A stretch of DNA of 64,000 nucleotides from Octopus vulgaris (taxonomy: Eukaryota). Under the pieces are notes generated by a model that saw nothing but the letters and a program-made list of their open reading frames with translations, had not been told where the DNA came from and searched no databases. Below are positions 41,391-55,425 of this stretch, piece after piece. The stretch covers positions 133,114,001 to 133,178,000 of the forward strand of contig OX597814.1 in NCBI GenBank assembly GCA_951406725.2, in the 5' to 3' direction. The position numbers were made by a program, and so were the translations under genes. The first letter of the stretch is position 1. Every line of letters begins with the position of its first letter.

Positions 41391-41865
41391 CAACCATACT
41401 CTGGGATATACGAATATACAAAGATAGAGAAATCAAGGCTAATAGACCGGATATAGTTGTCAGAGATCACCAAGTAAAAAGATTCCTTCTAATTGAAATT
41501 TCATTACCAACATATGACAACGTTTCTCTAAATGAAACGGATGAATTTTCAAAATACAAAGATCTGTAAACAGATGTAAATTGAATGTGGAGCCTGAAGA
41601 TAGAAGCAATTCCTATAATAGTAGGTTCATTAGGTTTGGTAAAAAAAAACATTCAGACAAGTTCATAACAAAAACATCAGGACTTACGAGTGTACATAAC
41701 ATACAGGAAATAACAGTACTAGGCACCGCACACATCCTATGTAAAGCAATTTCAATACAGTGAAAATAAGACACCACAACAAACCACAGCGCATAGCCAA
41801 GGCACACAGCTGCACTCGATAGTGCAGTGAAAGCACAGGATAAAAATAAGAGTACTGAATAAAAA

Positions 41866-41866
<1 letters not shown>
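41390..41866 (+). mobile_element. 3' end of an R4/Dong LINE (restriction-like endonuclease) ending in an (ATG/AAT)n tract
   Basis: TILWDIRIYKDREIKANRPDIVV..LIEISLP..KYKDL..PIIVGSLG..TVLGTAHIL, then a short 3' UTR and a trinucleotide tract. Confidence 0.9.
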
Positions 41867-42075
<209 letters not shown>

Positions 42076-42476
42076 ATGCCCTAATGCAGTAGCAGGCAGT
42101 GACTCTCATTGCTTTTGATCTTAAGAGATTGGAAGTGTTATCATGTACATTGTTTTGCCTTGATATAAAAGATGGTCTACAGAAAATATTTTGCTCAATA
42201 CCACAGATTTGCTTATTATTTGTTTGACTTTAACCAGTTGAGTATGTCCCTTAGTGGCTGGTGATATGTGCATCTCTGATTACGAGCAGAGGTAGTGAGG
42301 GAGAATCACAGCCATGTGTTGAGAGAAATTCTTTGGGGTTTGCATAATTTACCTTTGAAAACATGGGTATTTTGTTCAACATCCTTAAACAACCCTTATT
42401 GGAGAAGCTTTTGAGCTGGGGTTCGTATATTTTACTCCAGTGTTAATTTGATGGCATGCATTGCCTTCTCACTGAA
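42076..42476. mobile_element. Unclassified repeat, second copy of the 8370-8627 family
   Basis: Shared sequence blocks; bounded by (GAT)n tracts on both sides. Confidence 0.75.
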
Positions 42477-42485
42477 TAATGATGA

Positions 42486-42519
<34 letters not shown>

Positions 42520-42569
42520 GGTGGTGGTGATGAAGATGATAATAATAAAAAAGAATGATATAATTATCA

Positions 42570-43065
42570 GAAACTGCAAGGGAAGACATACAAACCTCAA
42601 CATTGCATTGGTTGACTATCGCAAAGCAAAGGATATGATACCACACTCCTAGATAATAAGAACGATGGAAGTGTATAGATTAGCAGAGAATATAAGAAGC
42701 CTTATATGAAAGAGCATGAAATGTTGGAGAACGGAATTGACAGAATGGAAGCAATTACCAGGAGAGGTGAAAATTAAGAGAGGAATCATCCAGTGGGAAA
42801 GTGTGTCCATTCATATTCGTGCTGGGAATGATTTCCTTCAGTGAAATACTGCAGAAAACAAAGTTAGGGCATGATCTGTGAAGAGGTAAGGGAAAACTAA
42901 ACCATTTGTTATTCATTCGCGACCTGAAGCTGTTCACAAAAACTGAGGCACAACTGGATAGCCTAGTCCAGTCTGCGCCGATTTTCACTAATGATACTGA
43001 AACGGAGTTTCGACTCTCAAAATATGCTACGATGGTAATGAGACGAGGAAAGCTTGCCAGGAAGA
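42570..43065 (+). mobile_element. R4/Dong LINE RT remnant
   Basis: NLNIALVDYRKAKDMIPHS, VKIKRGIIQ, LNHLLFIRDLKLF (from HLLFMDDLKLF). Confidence 0.85.
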
Positions 43066-43314
43066 GTGGCTATATTTAAATTGAATTGATTTTACTGTTA
43101 TCATTTCTTAAATATATCCACGAAACACGTGTAGTCATTTTACCAAATATATAGTTATATTTATTATTTTGCATATTACTTAATCATTGGTATATGTTTT
43201 TATCTTATATTTAATTTTTTCTGTAGGCTGTAATTCTTTTCTATATGGTATAATCTAATTTTTTCATTGTTGAGTTGATAAAAGGTGGGTTTTTTCTAAT
43301 CTATATATATAGAC

Positions 43315-43412
<98 letters not shown>

Positions 43413-43420
43413 GTAGGTAG
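43315..43420. repeat. (GATA)n microsatellite
   Basis: Direct reading. Confidence 0.97.
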
Positions 43421-43429
43421 ACACTATAC

Positions 43430-43610
43430 CTTTTTCTATTTTTTCTCCCTGTTTATTTCTGTATTCCTTTCTGTCGATGAACGTAGGCTCGAAACGTAAA
43501 AGACTTTCTCACTTCCCGAGCGTTAAACTAATACATCTGTTTGGTGTTTACACACCTATTTTCGTCTTTTGTTTCTTTGTTGTTGTTTTATTTTGTAAAT
43601 TCTCACTTCT
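43430..43610 (+). mobile_element. Penelope-like terminal fragment (family 2) with hammerhead-like core
   Basis: cttt-CTGTCGA-tgaacgtaggctc-GAAACGTA-aaag at 43467-43502; homologous to 20701-20886. Confidence 0.7.
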
Positions 43611-44620
43611 TAGTCTAAAATCAGTGCATAGGTAGCATGTCCTACAGCATTAATTTTTCTTTTTGTTAATACTGGGTATCAGTGATTATAGACACAAGCT
43701 AATTAGCTAAATAAACAATTTTAAATACTTGAATTATTACATATTTTCTATAAAGCATCTCTATTGATGTTACTAAATTAGTATATATACTTCATCATGA
43801 TTTTAGTGATTAAGCTATTTTATATCCTTTTCTATGGTGTTTCTACCCTACCCGATCATTTTAATGCATTATAATTGCCTTTAGATAAACCTAAATTTCT
43901 GTACCCCAATAGCTTATAAAAAGCAATATGGGTATCTTCACAAGACAGACATTCTCAATTATAATTTAACTAATTTATAGTAAATTTGTTCTCTCATCTC
44001 AATGATAAATCTTCCTGATAACCCTAAATTATAACTTTATACAATAATTACATTGTTTAAAATAGGTTTATTAACTAAATTTTTTATCCTTTTCTTAAAG
44101 CGTTTCGGCGCCTTAATTTTGGTATTTATATTGGCTTTATACAAACAGCCTTTCTAATTACGTACCCTTAAGAAACTGTAATATCATTTATGGATTAACA
44201 CAAATAACTCTTGAAATCTATATTATACACCTTAATTTAATATTACCATATGGTTAGCAAGTCCTTTTAAAAACAATTATTCCTTTAACCAATACCGGGT
44301 TTCAGTCCTGATTATAATAAGCTAAATAAGTTAACTAAAAAATTTTAGTTCATGAAACTTAAATAATTATACTTTTACTAAAAACCTTCTCTATTGGTAT
44401 TAATAAGCTACATATAATTAAGCAATTTTATTTTATTTTCTATGGTGTTCTGCTCTACTTGATTATTTTATTTTATTACTTTATTATTATATAATTAGCC
44501 TGTATTTATTTATAAAATTAATTTAATTTTTGTATCCCTGTAAATTCATACTTAGTTTATATAAAACTATGCTGGTATATTCACTACTCATAAAAATTAC
44601 ATCATAATTTTATTAGTATA

Positions 44621-45502
44621 CTAGCATCATGACCCATCATTGCCGGGTCATAGTGCTAGTGCATGTATATATGTGTATATATATGTGTACATATTACATG
44701 TACATCTATATATATATACATCTAAACATAAAATACAAAATACAAAGTTATATCTTGATATCGCTAGTGATAACAATGCTCAAAATATATAACAGACTGG
44801 AATTGTTAGCCCGTCTCTTGTAATTTCGATCAATTGTATCTTGTCCTCCCTCTTGTATAGAAGTGTGGCTACAATCCAGCCTACCTCTACTTCTGGTGGG
44901 GGGTGCATTTTAAATTTTTTTCCGGCACGTCCTGCGTCCCAGATATAAAGGTAGAAATAAAATATTTCCACTTTGCAAGTTCGAGTCGAGTACTCCCTTG
45001 CACGCTCCGTTGACTCGAACAATGCTTCTATTGTGGCGAATTTACCGCCTCTGGTTAGATATCTTTGATAGTCACACCAAGACACTTTTCGAAGGTGCTT
45101 TCCTCCAGGTGTTCAAATTTTCTTTTTTCTCTACATTGTATACTTTATAGACAATAGTCTTTTCTTTAATTTAATTTTTATTATCCATCTGGACTATTCC
45201 ATTTCTGCACGCTAATTTTATTTTTAATTTATTCCCATTCATGTGAAACCACTTATTCAAGTTCAAATCATTGATGCAATTTTATACCAATTGCTATTTT
45301 TACTTTTGTTATGATACGATTATATTATACTTTAGTTTGATTTTAATTATTATTTACTACATATAATTCAATTGTTGTTATTATTTTTATTGTTAAAGTA
45401 AGACATGTGTAAAATTTGAATGAAATTGGTTGTGTAGTTCTCAAGTTTTAGGGAAACACACAGACAGACAGACAGACATTCTCAGTTTTATATAGAGAGA
45501 GA
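44621..45502 (-). mobile_element. Non-autonomous Helitron, internally deleted copy
   Basis: On the minus strand: 5' end A|TCTCTCTCTATATAAAACTGAG, 3' hairpin atgaccc..gggtcat then CTAG|T. Inverted homologue of 47552-49101. Confidence 0.88.
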
Positions 45503-47228
45503 TAATTAGCGTGTTCCTTTACTCCAATACTCCTTTATTAATACCAGTATATACAAATTAATCAATATTCACAGATACCATCTGATGATTTAATATTTAA
45601 GTGTACATTATGTATAAATATTAAACTATTTCTGGATTATTACTTTTCCTCCCTCTATTGTGGTAAAAGTTGGGTATATACTAAATATATTCATAAATTT
45701 CTATCCTTTTGCTATAATATGCCTCTTAATAATCCTTTGAATAACCCTAAACTTTATCAGAATACAATATAGCAACATTGTTTAAAATATTTAACTGTAG
45801 TATGACATGATAAGAGTTCCTCTGTTTCATTATCGATGGTCTGCTACTGGGCGACCCTCTTAATTATCAGCTAACATCTTGTTTTAAGTTTTCCTTTACC
45901 AAACCACGTGATATTCCTTCTAATAAATCTTGGTTTTTATGACTATACTAATTATGATATCTGTCTAATCCCTCAGCCCTACCCCTAACTGATACTACCC
46001 TCTGTTCTCTCGGCCTTAGATATACAAAGGATTTGATAAACTAGTCTATAAGTTAAAAATGACTCCATAAAAACAAAAAATCACTGACATGCAGAGACTG
46101 TAACAATGTCTTCTTGAAAAATTCAGTAATTTCTAAACTAGAGTTGGGACAGCATGTTCTTTGTCTATCTCCTTAACGTCTTGGAGATTTTAGGTATAAT
46201 AATACCAATATGTCCATCTGTTCTAATTTAATTAAATTAAATTCTATGTCTTTGTGCAGCTGAAGTTTGCTCTGCATTTTAAATTGATCACATTGTTCAT
46301 GAAACGATCGTACAGCATTACCTCTAGATATACTTGTTGCTTATTTTAATTATATATATATATACACTTCAGTTGTATACCATATAAGTATTGGTATAAT
46401 TCAATAATAAAGATAAATTAAATATAGAGATATTCTATTGACATTCAATAATTTATTTATATTACAATATCATATTAAATAGATAAAGTAAACAAACAGA
46501 GAAATTTTTATTAGATTTTCTTTCATATCTACTATGTAATTATCCCTTCTGGAATATAATGAATATAGAAGATTATTATTAGCTAATTTAAACAATTAAT
46601 TTTTTGTACCAACTAATTTAATAGAGAAAAGACTTTCTGTATTGAAAATGTAATTGTTTATATATTTTTGTTGTAGTTACACGTAGGAGAAAACTGAGAT
46701 ACTTAACCATATACATTTATATACACATATATACTATCATTGTATGTTGTGATGACAAGAGACTATCTTGGGTTCCAATTGTTATGTGTTTGAGATATAA
46801 TGAAGTGAATTTCGATGTTAGTGGATTGCACTTGATTGTATCATCCGTTTAAATGTTTTTGTTGTTTTTTTAAAATTATAATTGATGTAAGATTTTATAA
46901 GTAACGCTCACGATTATAACACAGACATTTGAATTAATTTTTACAATCAAGCCGTCCTTCCCAGACAGGATTTCGTCTTTCTGAACCAATTGACCCTGAA
47001 GTGACTTATCTGTAATTGAACTGTCATTATATATATCAGAAAAAATATATATCAGTCGAAACAATATATTGGACTTTTACGGTTTTGATAGTTATTTATA
47101 TAATATTATGTTATTTTATATTATTAGTATTATATATTATATATTCATAGTTTTTAATGAAATATTGCAATATAAATATAAGAATAAATTATTGAATGTA
47201 AATAGAATATCTCTATATTTAATTTGTC

Positions 47229-47260
<32 letters not shown>

Positions 47261-47299
47261 CTGTGTATGTGTGTATGTATGTGTGTGTGTGTGAGTATG

Positions 47300-47352
<53 letters not shown>

Positions 47353-47551
47353 GGATTTGTATAAAGGAATATATTATTCAAAGAAATTCCAACTCTGTTT
47401 TTTGTTTTATTTATATTCTTTATAATATTAATGTAGAATATAGAATATATAGTATAAATAATATACATATAGTAAAATGAAGTATTGATTGTCCTAGTGA
47501 CTAGATGAAATATTGAATATAAAATATTGAGGAACTAATTTTGATATTTCA

Positions 47552-49101
47552 TCTCTATATATATAAAACTGAGAATGTCTGTCTGTCTGTGTGTTTCCTA
47601 AAACTTGAGAACTACACAACCAATTTCATTCCAATTTTACACATGCCTTACTTAGGGTCCATGTAAATTTTATGGGAAAAAAATGTTCCACTTCTTGCCT
47701 AAAGCGAGCCCATAGCAATATCATATGTTCTCCACTATTTCGGTATTACGTGTTAAAAGTGAAACAAAAACATTTCTCTATTTTATGTCAGATGCTTTCA
47801 CTTTAACAATAAAAATAATAACAATTGAATTATATGTAGTAAGTAGTAATTAAAATCAAACTAAAGTATAATATAATCGTAACATAACAAAAGTAATAAT
47901 AGCAATTGGTATAAAATTGCATCAATGATTTGAACTTGAACAAGTGGTTTTACATGAATGGGAATAAATTAAAAATAAAATTAGCGTACAGAAATGGAAT
48001 AGTCCAGATAGAGCTGTGCTTTTACATTAGATTATCTGCTAATTAGCTAGCATTAAGTATCTATATGAAGTTTGCCTATATGTAATATGTGTTTTCTCGA
48101 ACAGCCGCTTCTACAGAGCTGTTGGTTTATTTCTTATACATAAAGGACTAAAGCTTCAACTGCTTAATGCTGTCTGACTCATCGTAAGGTTTGTTGTTAT
48201 TATTATTACTGTTTAACTATTGTTATCACGTTTGTTGGTTCCTCGTAAAGGAAACATTGTTGTGTTGCATTTGTTAAAATATTTGTAAACTGTAACCACT
48301 CCCTCTTTGGGAGAAGGAGCTTTGTTTATTGTTTAAAAATTGAATTGTGTCCCTGTTTGGGGAAATTGACAATATTTTCACCGTTTACACGGAAGCATTT
48401 TTGTAAGAATGCCTTCGATAGATGAAAGTCCAAAACTGAATTTCGCTGCAGCCGTCGGTAGGCGCGAACTCATTGAAATTAAAATGGAAGAAATACGGAT
48501 TGATTACCGACAAAGACGGTGAATCTAGGATAACACCACCAAACGAAATAAAAAAATTAAATTAAAGAAAAGACTATTGTCTATAAAGTATACAATGTAG
48601 AGGAAAAAAAAGATTTGAACACCTAGAGGAAAGCACCATCGAAAAGTATCTTGGTGCGACTATAAAAGATATCTAATTAGAGGCAGTAAATTCGCCACAA
48701 TAGAAGCATTGTTCGAATCAACGGAGCGTGCAAGGGAGTACTCGACTCAAACCTTGCAAAGTGGAAATATTTTATTTTTACCTTTATATCTGGAACGTAG
48801 GACGTCCCGGATAAAAATTAAAAATGTCCCCCAAGAAGTAGAGGTAGGCTAGATTGTAGCCACCCTTCTATACAAGAGGGAGGACAAGATACAATTGATC
48901 AAAATTGCAAGAGACGGGCCTACAATTCCAGTCTGTTATATATTTTGAGTATTGTTATCACTAGCGATATCAAGATATAACTTTGTATTTTATATGCAGA
49001 TGAATATATATATAGATATACATTGTAATATGTACACATATATATACACATATATACATGCACTAGCACTATGACCCGGCAACAAGGGCTCATAATGCTA
49101 G
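47552..49101 (+). mobile_element. Non-autonomous Helitron (1.55 kb)
   Basis: 5' end A|TCTCTATATATATAAAACTGAG; 3' end gacccggcaacaagggctcataatgCTAG|T; inserted between A and T with no TSD. Confidence 0.9.
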
Positions 49102-49383
49102 TCTTCAATAAGACTGTCGATTGCTCCGTATTTGGCTTTGTAACGGGATTGTTTAGACAGGATAATAGAAATGTCGGTCTTGAATTTTGTTAAGGCGAGG
49201 TCCCATCGAAGTTTTGTTTCCTCCTCTGGTTCTCCTGTAATTTTTTAAAATTAGGTATTTCTATACAGCTATTTAATATAGCTACATACATATAATTATA
49301 AACACAAATACAAACATATACACACATATATATATAATTATACACACACATACATATACATACATACATGCATACATACATAC

Positions 49384-49436
<53 letters not shown>

Positions 49437-49630
49437 AGGGGAAAATTCACAAAAAAAACAAACGACAAAGACAGGTGGTGTAGACAAGAAGTAGATGTAT
49501 TGGTTTAGCACTCGGGAAGTGAAAAAGTCTTTAATGTTTTGAGCTTACGCTCTTCCTCAGAAAGGAAAACAGAAAGAAACAAAGAGAGAGAATAAAGAAG
49601 GTGTCGTGGCTAGCGATCAATCATGGCGAA
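49437..49630 (-). mobile_element. Penelope-like terminal fragment (family 2) adjacent to (TA)n; may extend to ~50220
   Basis: Minus strand reads cttt-CTGAGGA-A-GAGCgtaaGCTC-aaaacatt-aaag; homologous to 20701-20886. Confidence 0.7.
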
Positions 49631-50254
49631 TACCGGATAGAGGGGTCACACAGGAGAGCTAGGAAGGAGGGGAGATAATAAAGTAGTGGTGATTCTAAAA
49701 CGAAGGTGCGCGTGCATTTATGTATAAGCGAGCATGTATGAACGTGTGGAAGGGAGCCGTTGACCTTGACGTGTGTGTGTGTGTGTGTGTGTGTGTAGGT
49801 GTGTGGATGATGGTGTGGTTTGAATCTTTTGAACCTAAGTTTGAGTCTAAGTTTGAATCTTTTGAGTACTGCTGTATTCTATACTGAGAACCTCTGGATC
49901 GCATCTGTGGTCTACATACTCTCACACAGACACACACGCGCGCTTATATACATAACTTAGATGTTTGAACCAAAGATAGGCCCAGGTTATGTCTGACATA
50001 GAATCACCACCTGATAGTATTTGCAAAGTCCTTTTTAATCGAGTTTTGTAGTATCAAAGATCCATTCAATTAGGGAGTTCTTGTTGAGTAAGTTGTATCG
50101 AAGTATAGCTGGCTTATCTGATACCCCTTGAAGAATGTGTCTAGATTCCATGTAAAGGTGATAGGATATTTTTGCCTCGTTGATTTCTTTCCGGATAATG
50201 TTAAATAGTGCAATGCTTGTTGATAGAAAGAAATTGAGTTGCCATGTATACTCT

Positions 50255-50474
50255 CTTATACTCTTTTACTTGTTTCAGTCATTTGACTGTGGCCATGCTG
50301 GACCACCACCTTTAGTCTAACAACTCATTCTTTGTAAGCCTAGTACTTATTCTATCGTTCTCTTTTGCTGAACCGCTAAGTTACGGGGACGTAAACACAC
50401 CAGTATCGGTTGTCAAGCGATGTTGGAGGAACAAACACAGACACCCAAGCATATACACAAACATATATATATGC

Positions 50475-50533
<59 letters not shown>

Positions 50534-50535
50534 CA

Positions 50536-50569
<34 letters not shown>

Positions 50570-50735
50570 CGACGGGCTTCTTTCGGTTTCCCTCTACCAA
50601 ATCCACTCACAGGGCTTTGGTCGACCTGAGGCTATAGTAGAAAACACTTGCCCAAGGTGCCACGCAGTGGGACTGAATCTGGAACCATGTGGTTCGTAAG
50701 CAAGCTACTTACTACACAGCCACTCCTACGCCTAT
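50255..50735 (-). mobile_element. Full-length tRNA-derived SINE (31864 family)
   Basis: Minus strand starts taggcgtaggagtggctgtgtagtaag with ggttcgt/gattcagtccc, then the CORE-like block, an internal (TA)(TACA) tract and tail aagtaaaagag. Confidence 0.92.
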
Positions 50736-52239
50736 GTAAGTAGGTATGTATATCTGGAGAAGTAGTATGCAAAAGCTTCTGAGATAGATTTCTATTTTAA
50801 TTTAGTTACAATAAGTTTGTTATACAAAATTAATAGTCGTATGAAAATATAATAATTATGTCGAAAGTTAGTGCTTTTCAAAGTTTGTATGTGTAGCTGC
50901 ACTCAGTGGAGAAATGGTATACAACAGGATAAATTGCAAAATACTTCTCCGACAGTTAATTGATTGCGTTATATGTGTTATCGTGAAATTTTAATTCTCA
51001 ACATCGTTAGTTATCTTTAGTTTGCAGCTAAGTGTATTTGATAGATCTAACGAAATATCTTTTAGCAATCGTGTATTGATCATATATTCATCCCCATACT
51101 TTATTTCATCGTAAATAATCGAATATCCGTTTCCAGTGTAAAACTAATACCATTTTATTATCTAAAAATACCTTAAGAGAGCCTACCTACAAATAGATCT
51201 GATGCAAAAGAATAGACGGTTTTTAATGCAACTTAATCTCTGTGTTATATGTATTATGTACACAAACTTTTCACGAAGTTCTTTTTCCACTCAAATACAT
51301 TCTAATTGTTATTTTAATTTGACTGACATAACAGTCGAACGGAGAAGTTGTTGGTATTTCATTATATTCTATGAGAGTTTATAAACTGGAACTGTTGCAG
51401 GACTAAACTAAGGAATAAATGATCTTTACGAATTAATTTAAAGAAATGACATTAAGGGAATCTCTCACATCAGTGTCCACTATTCATACTATTGTTCATT
51501 CGATAAACGATTCAGTTCCTTACAGTTACTATACTTAGAATAATTTAAATACGGATATTTTTTTCTATTGTCTTTCTTGGTATTATGGCTTTGTCTCTGT
51601 AATCTACTGACTCGTTATAACATTTCTCTGTAAACAATATTTTGAGGAGGAATTTAACTACCATATTACCAATACACCAATCACTCATCAACTTTACAGT
51701 ATTCTGAATAGTAGTGAGCTATAAATAGTTAACTTCTGCAAAGTAAACTGAGTTGGTTGCGCTAAGCATAAAATCATTAATACATTGTCTCGTAATCAAT
51801 ACTCTACTACACACATCACATTGAAAACATACTCTTCCACTGCATTTAGATGATTATGCGATTATCAGCAAATATTATTGTCCAGTTCACAGTTTAGCTT
51901 ATATTTTATAATCTCCAATTTAATTGTGTTGCATTTCTAGAATCATGTTTACATAAGTCGTACATTTTGTGAGGATAGGCTGTGATTAGCTGGAATATAT
52001 TTACATGATTAAAAAATGGATCAATAATAAGCAGCACAATGGTTTTTTTTTGTTTTTTTTACTTTACTGCCGAATATCTGCTCAACAGTTTCTCAAAAAC
52101 TGCAATCAAGAATGCATATTATTTGAATGCTACATAGACTTTGTTATATTATCCATGTCAGAAACAATTGTGGTATATCAAAATCAGGGAATTGCCTGAG
52201 TACATGTAGCATCCTTTTCTTACGTTCTAAGCAGAATTG

Positions 52240-52540
52240 TAGGTTCCTTCTCGAACCATGCCTGGCTCATAAGGGCCGGTTTCCCGGTTTCCTTAGCGTA
52301 TAGGTTCCCCACCTGGACGGGATGCCGGTCTGTTGCAGGTGAGCTGCAAGATGCAGGAGGAAAGAGTGAGAGAATGTTGTGGCGAAAGAGTCAGCAGAAG
52401 TTCGCCATAACCTTCTGACGGAGCCACGTGGAGCTTAGGTGTTTCGCTCATAAACACACACATCGCCCGGTCTGAGATTCGAACACGTGAACCCTCGACC
52501 GCGAGTCCGCTGCTCTAACCACTAGGCCATGTGCCTCCAC
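52240..52540 (-). mobile_element. tRNA-derived SINE with V-domain-like block
   Basis: Minus strand: gtggaggcacaTGGCCTAGTGG..GTTCGAATC, then ggcatcccgtccaggtgggga. Confidence 0.85.
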
Positions 52541-52544
52541 TCCA

Positions 52545-52772
52545 GTCACATTAGGGCCGGTTTCTCAGTTTCAGTGGCGTAGAAATTTCCCCACCTGGAC
52601 GGGACGCCAGTCCGTCGCAGGATTACTCATTTTTGCCACCTGAATGGAGTGGAGCAACGTGAAATGAAGTGTTTTGCTCAAGAATACAACGCATCGCCCG
52701 GTCCAGGAATCGAAACCACAACCTTACGATCATGAGTTCAAGACGCTAACCACTAAGCCACACGCCTCGACA
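52545..52772 (-). mobile_element. Second related V-like SINE in tandem
   Basis: Minus strand: TGGCTTAGTGG..TTTCGATTCC, then ggactggcgtcccgtccaggtgggga. Confidence 0.85.
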
Positions 52773-53242
52773 GAAATGTAGGCGGTATGGTATTACCTTC
52801 CGTTTTGTAGAGTCCAAAACTACCAGCAAATGTAAATATGGAAGTAAATGGAAATAAATGGTTTTAGCTGTTATGTATAAAATTATAAATGTTATCAAAT
52901 GAAAATCAGCGTTGCTCTGATATTATATAACAAAAACATAAACAAGTTTTCAGTAAACACTCAGAGAAAATACAGTTAGTGGGCATAAGAAAAATCAGAC
53001 AATATCTATTATGTTACTTAATTAGCTACTACTAAATTTCTGCAACTAACATAAACTACTGAAACTTTATTTCTATACTATCTATAAATCTTTGTGAAGA
53101 CTCACAGAAGTTATTTACACCAACGATGATATTTTAATATCTCCCGGGATATTTTTCATTTATCTGTATTATACTTTGGGTAAAAATATTATGATATAAG
53201 ATCTAAACTAGATGAATGAGGAAATTTTAATTCATATCTATA

Positions 53243-53300
<58 letters not shown>

Positions 53301-53932
53301 ATACTATGATAAATCACATTGTCTGTCTTTAGCAAATCAAAACAAACATAAAGTTAAATAGAAAAAGGAAATCACATAGTCTTATGGGGTGATCTAACAC
53401 AGTATATTAATAAAGCAATGATATTAGCATCCCAAGTGACCAGTATGCAATCTTTATAATATGTAAGATAGGAAATATGAAGAAAATTTAAAAAGACATA
53501 CAATATAAAGAAAACCCCTGTGTAAACATCGTGAATATATATGAAATTAAAAATCCCACTATTTTTTATTCATTAGTCATAATTTCCATTAAGGTGAAAT
53601 AATAATATTTTTTGATAAAGCAGAAATATTGATTCTTTATCTAAAGAATTTGAGGTTTCTTTTTAGGATGATTTATTAAATCAAAACTATAATATATTAT
53701 ATTTATTTTATCCACGGTTTTCCGATTTTCTTTCAAAGTTCACACTTTCGATGTATTATCTTATGATACACAGAATCGAAAATATTTATTGCATTGTATT
53801 TAATATTGGTGAAGTGAAACTACCGTGTTCTTTTTATCTAGTCATGGAAGAAGAGTTAGGAACCATGGCTGAATATTTGAAACGAAATAGCATTACTTGA
53901 TATTTCTAAATATATATATATGTTGGAACGCT

Positions 53933-53999
<67 letters not shown>

Positions 54000-54278
54000 G
54001 GGACGCGTCTTACTTGCCGTTGGACCTATAGCGGCAAATTATGTATATGTAGAGAGAGAGAGAGAGAGAGGAGAAGAGAGAGGGAGGAAGAGAGAGGGAG
54101 CTGAGCTAAAAAAAACTTATCTCCACGCGTGTTAAATGATAATGTTTAAATAAAACGTCGACAATTCTTCCTTATACGAAATGATGTAACGGCGGACGAG
54201 GTGAATTAAGTCTATTTTAAGGTTAACATGTTGAACTATGAACGAAGAAGCATGACTTCTTTCTCTTCAATTATTTTG

Positions 54279-54324
<46 letters not shown>

Positions 54325-54342
54325 TACTAGGTTTACAAAGAA

Positions 54343-54383
<41 letters not shown>

Positions 54384-54392
54384 CAAATACAT

Positions 54393-54426
<34 letters not shown>

Positions 54427-54451
54427 GTATGTGAATATATTTATATATACA

Positions 54452-54493
<42 letters not shown>

Positions 54494-54499
54494 TGTGTG

Positions 54500-54700
54500 T
54501 ATTTGTGTTTGTCTCCCCCCATCGCTTGACAACCGATGCTGGTGTGTCTGTGTCCATGTAACTTAGCGGTGCGGCAAGACGATCAGATAGAATAGGTACT
54601 AGGCTTACAAATATTAAGTCCTGGGGTCGATCTGTTCGACTAAAGCCGGTTCTCCAGCATGGCCGGAGTCAAATAACTGAAACAAGTAAAAACTAAAAGA
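54500..54700 (+). mobile_element. SINE 3' half (31864 family)
   Basis: cgcttgacaaccgatgctggtgtg..ctggggtcga..actgaaacaagtaaaa. Confidence 0.88.
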
Positions 54701-54803
54701 ATATATACATATATATATATACGCCCCTACAAAATGTATTCATATGCACCACCACCCCAGACACACTGAGAATATGCATGTGTGTGTATATATATATGTT
54801 ATA

Positions 54804-54876
<73 letters not shown>

Positions 54877-55219
54877 CTCATACGTAATGTGATTAATGTG
54901 CAAATCCTAATCATATAGCAAGAATTGATATACCTCATTGTGTTAACCATTATAAATTATGCCGTATATGAAATATATATATTGTGCTATATATATATGC
55001 TAATAAGAGGATGAAACCACTCTTGTAATTCATGGATAAATTCTCTGGTATTATCCTATCATATCTCTAAATCATATGTGCATATGGATATATATATATA
55101 TATATGAGTACGGAATTTATATGCTGTATTTTACTTTAATAAACCCCTTGATGAAACGATTGTACTAAAATATCCATTCTTGTTGCTTATGTATATATAT
55201 ATATGTATGTATATAAAAA

Positions 55220-55425
55220 TGTGACCTCGTGTAACGTTCGCGATTTTTTTTCCTCTGTCATCCCTTCTCTGGATCTTTCCTTCTCCTATGTTTCCGACGA
55301 AGAGCTCCGCTGAAAACGTTAAACCCTCCTTCTTTCCTTCTTTCCTGAGCGTCCAATAATACTATATTTGTTCCACGCCCTCGCGCTGTTGTGTTTTTTT
55401 GTGCTTTCTCGTTTGGATTAACTTT
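55220..55425 (+). mobile_element. Penelope-like terminal fragment (divergent subfamily) ending in (TA)n
   Basis: gttt-CCGACGA-A-GAGCtccGCTg-AAAACGTT-aaac, followed by ttcctgagcgtccaataatac, similar to family 2. Confidence 0.6.

Noticed and set aside
44621-49101. A single giant foldback/TIR transposon
   Set aside because: Each arm has its own Helitron 5' TC and 3' CTAG ends, and there is no TSD around the pair.
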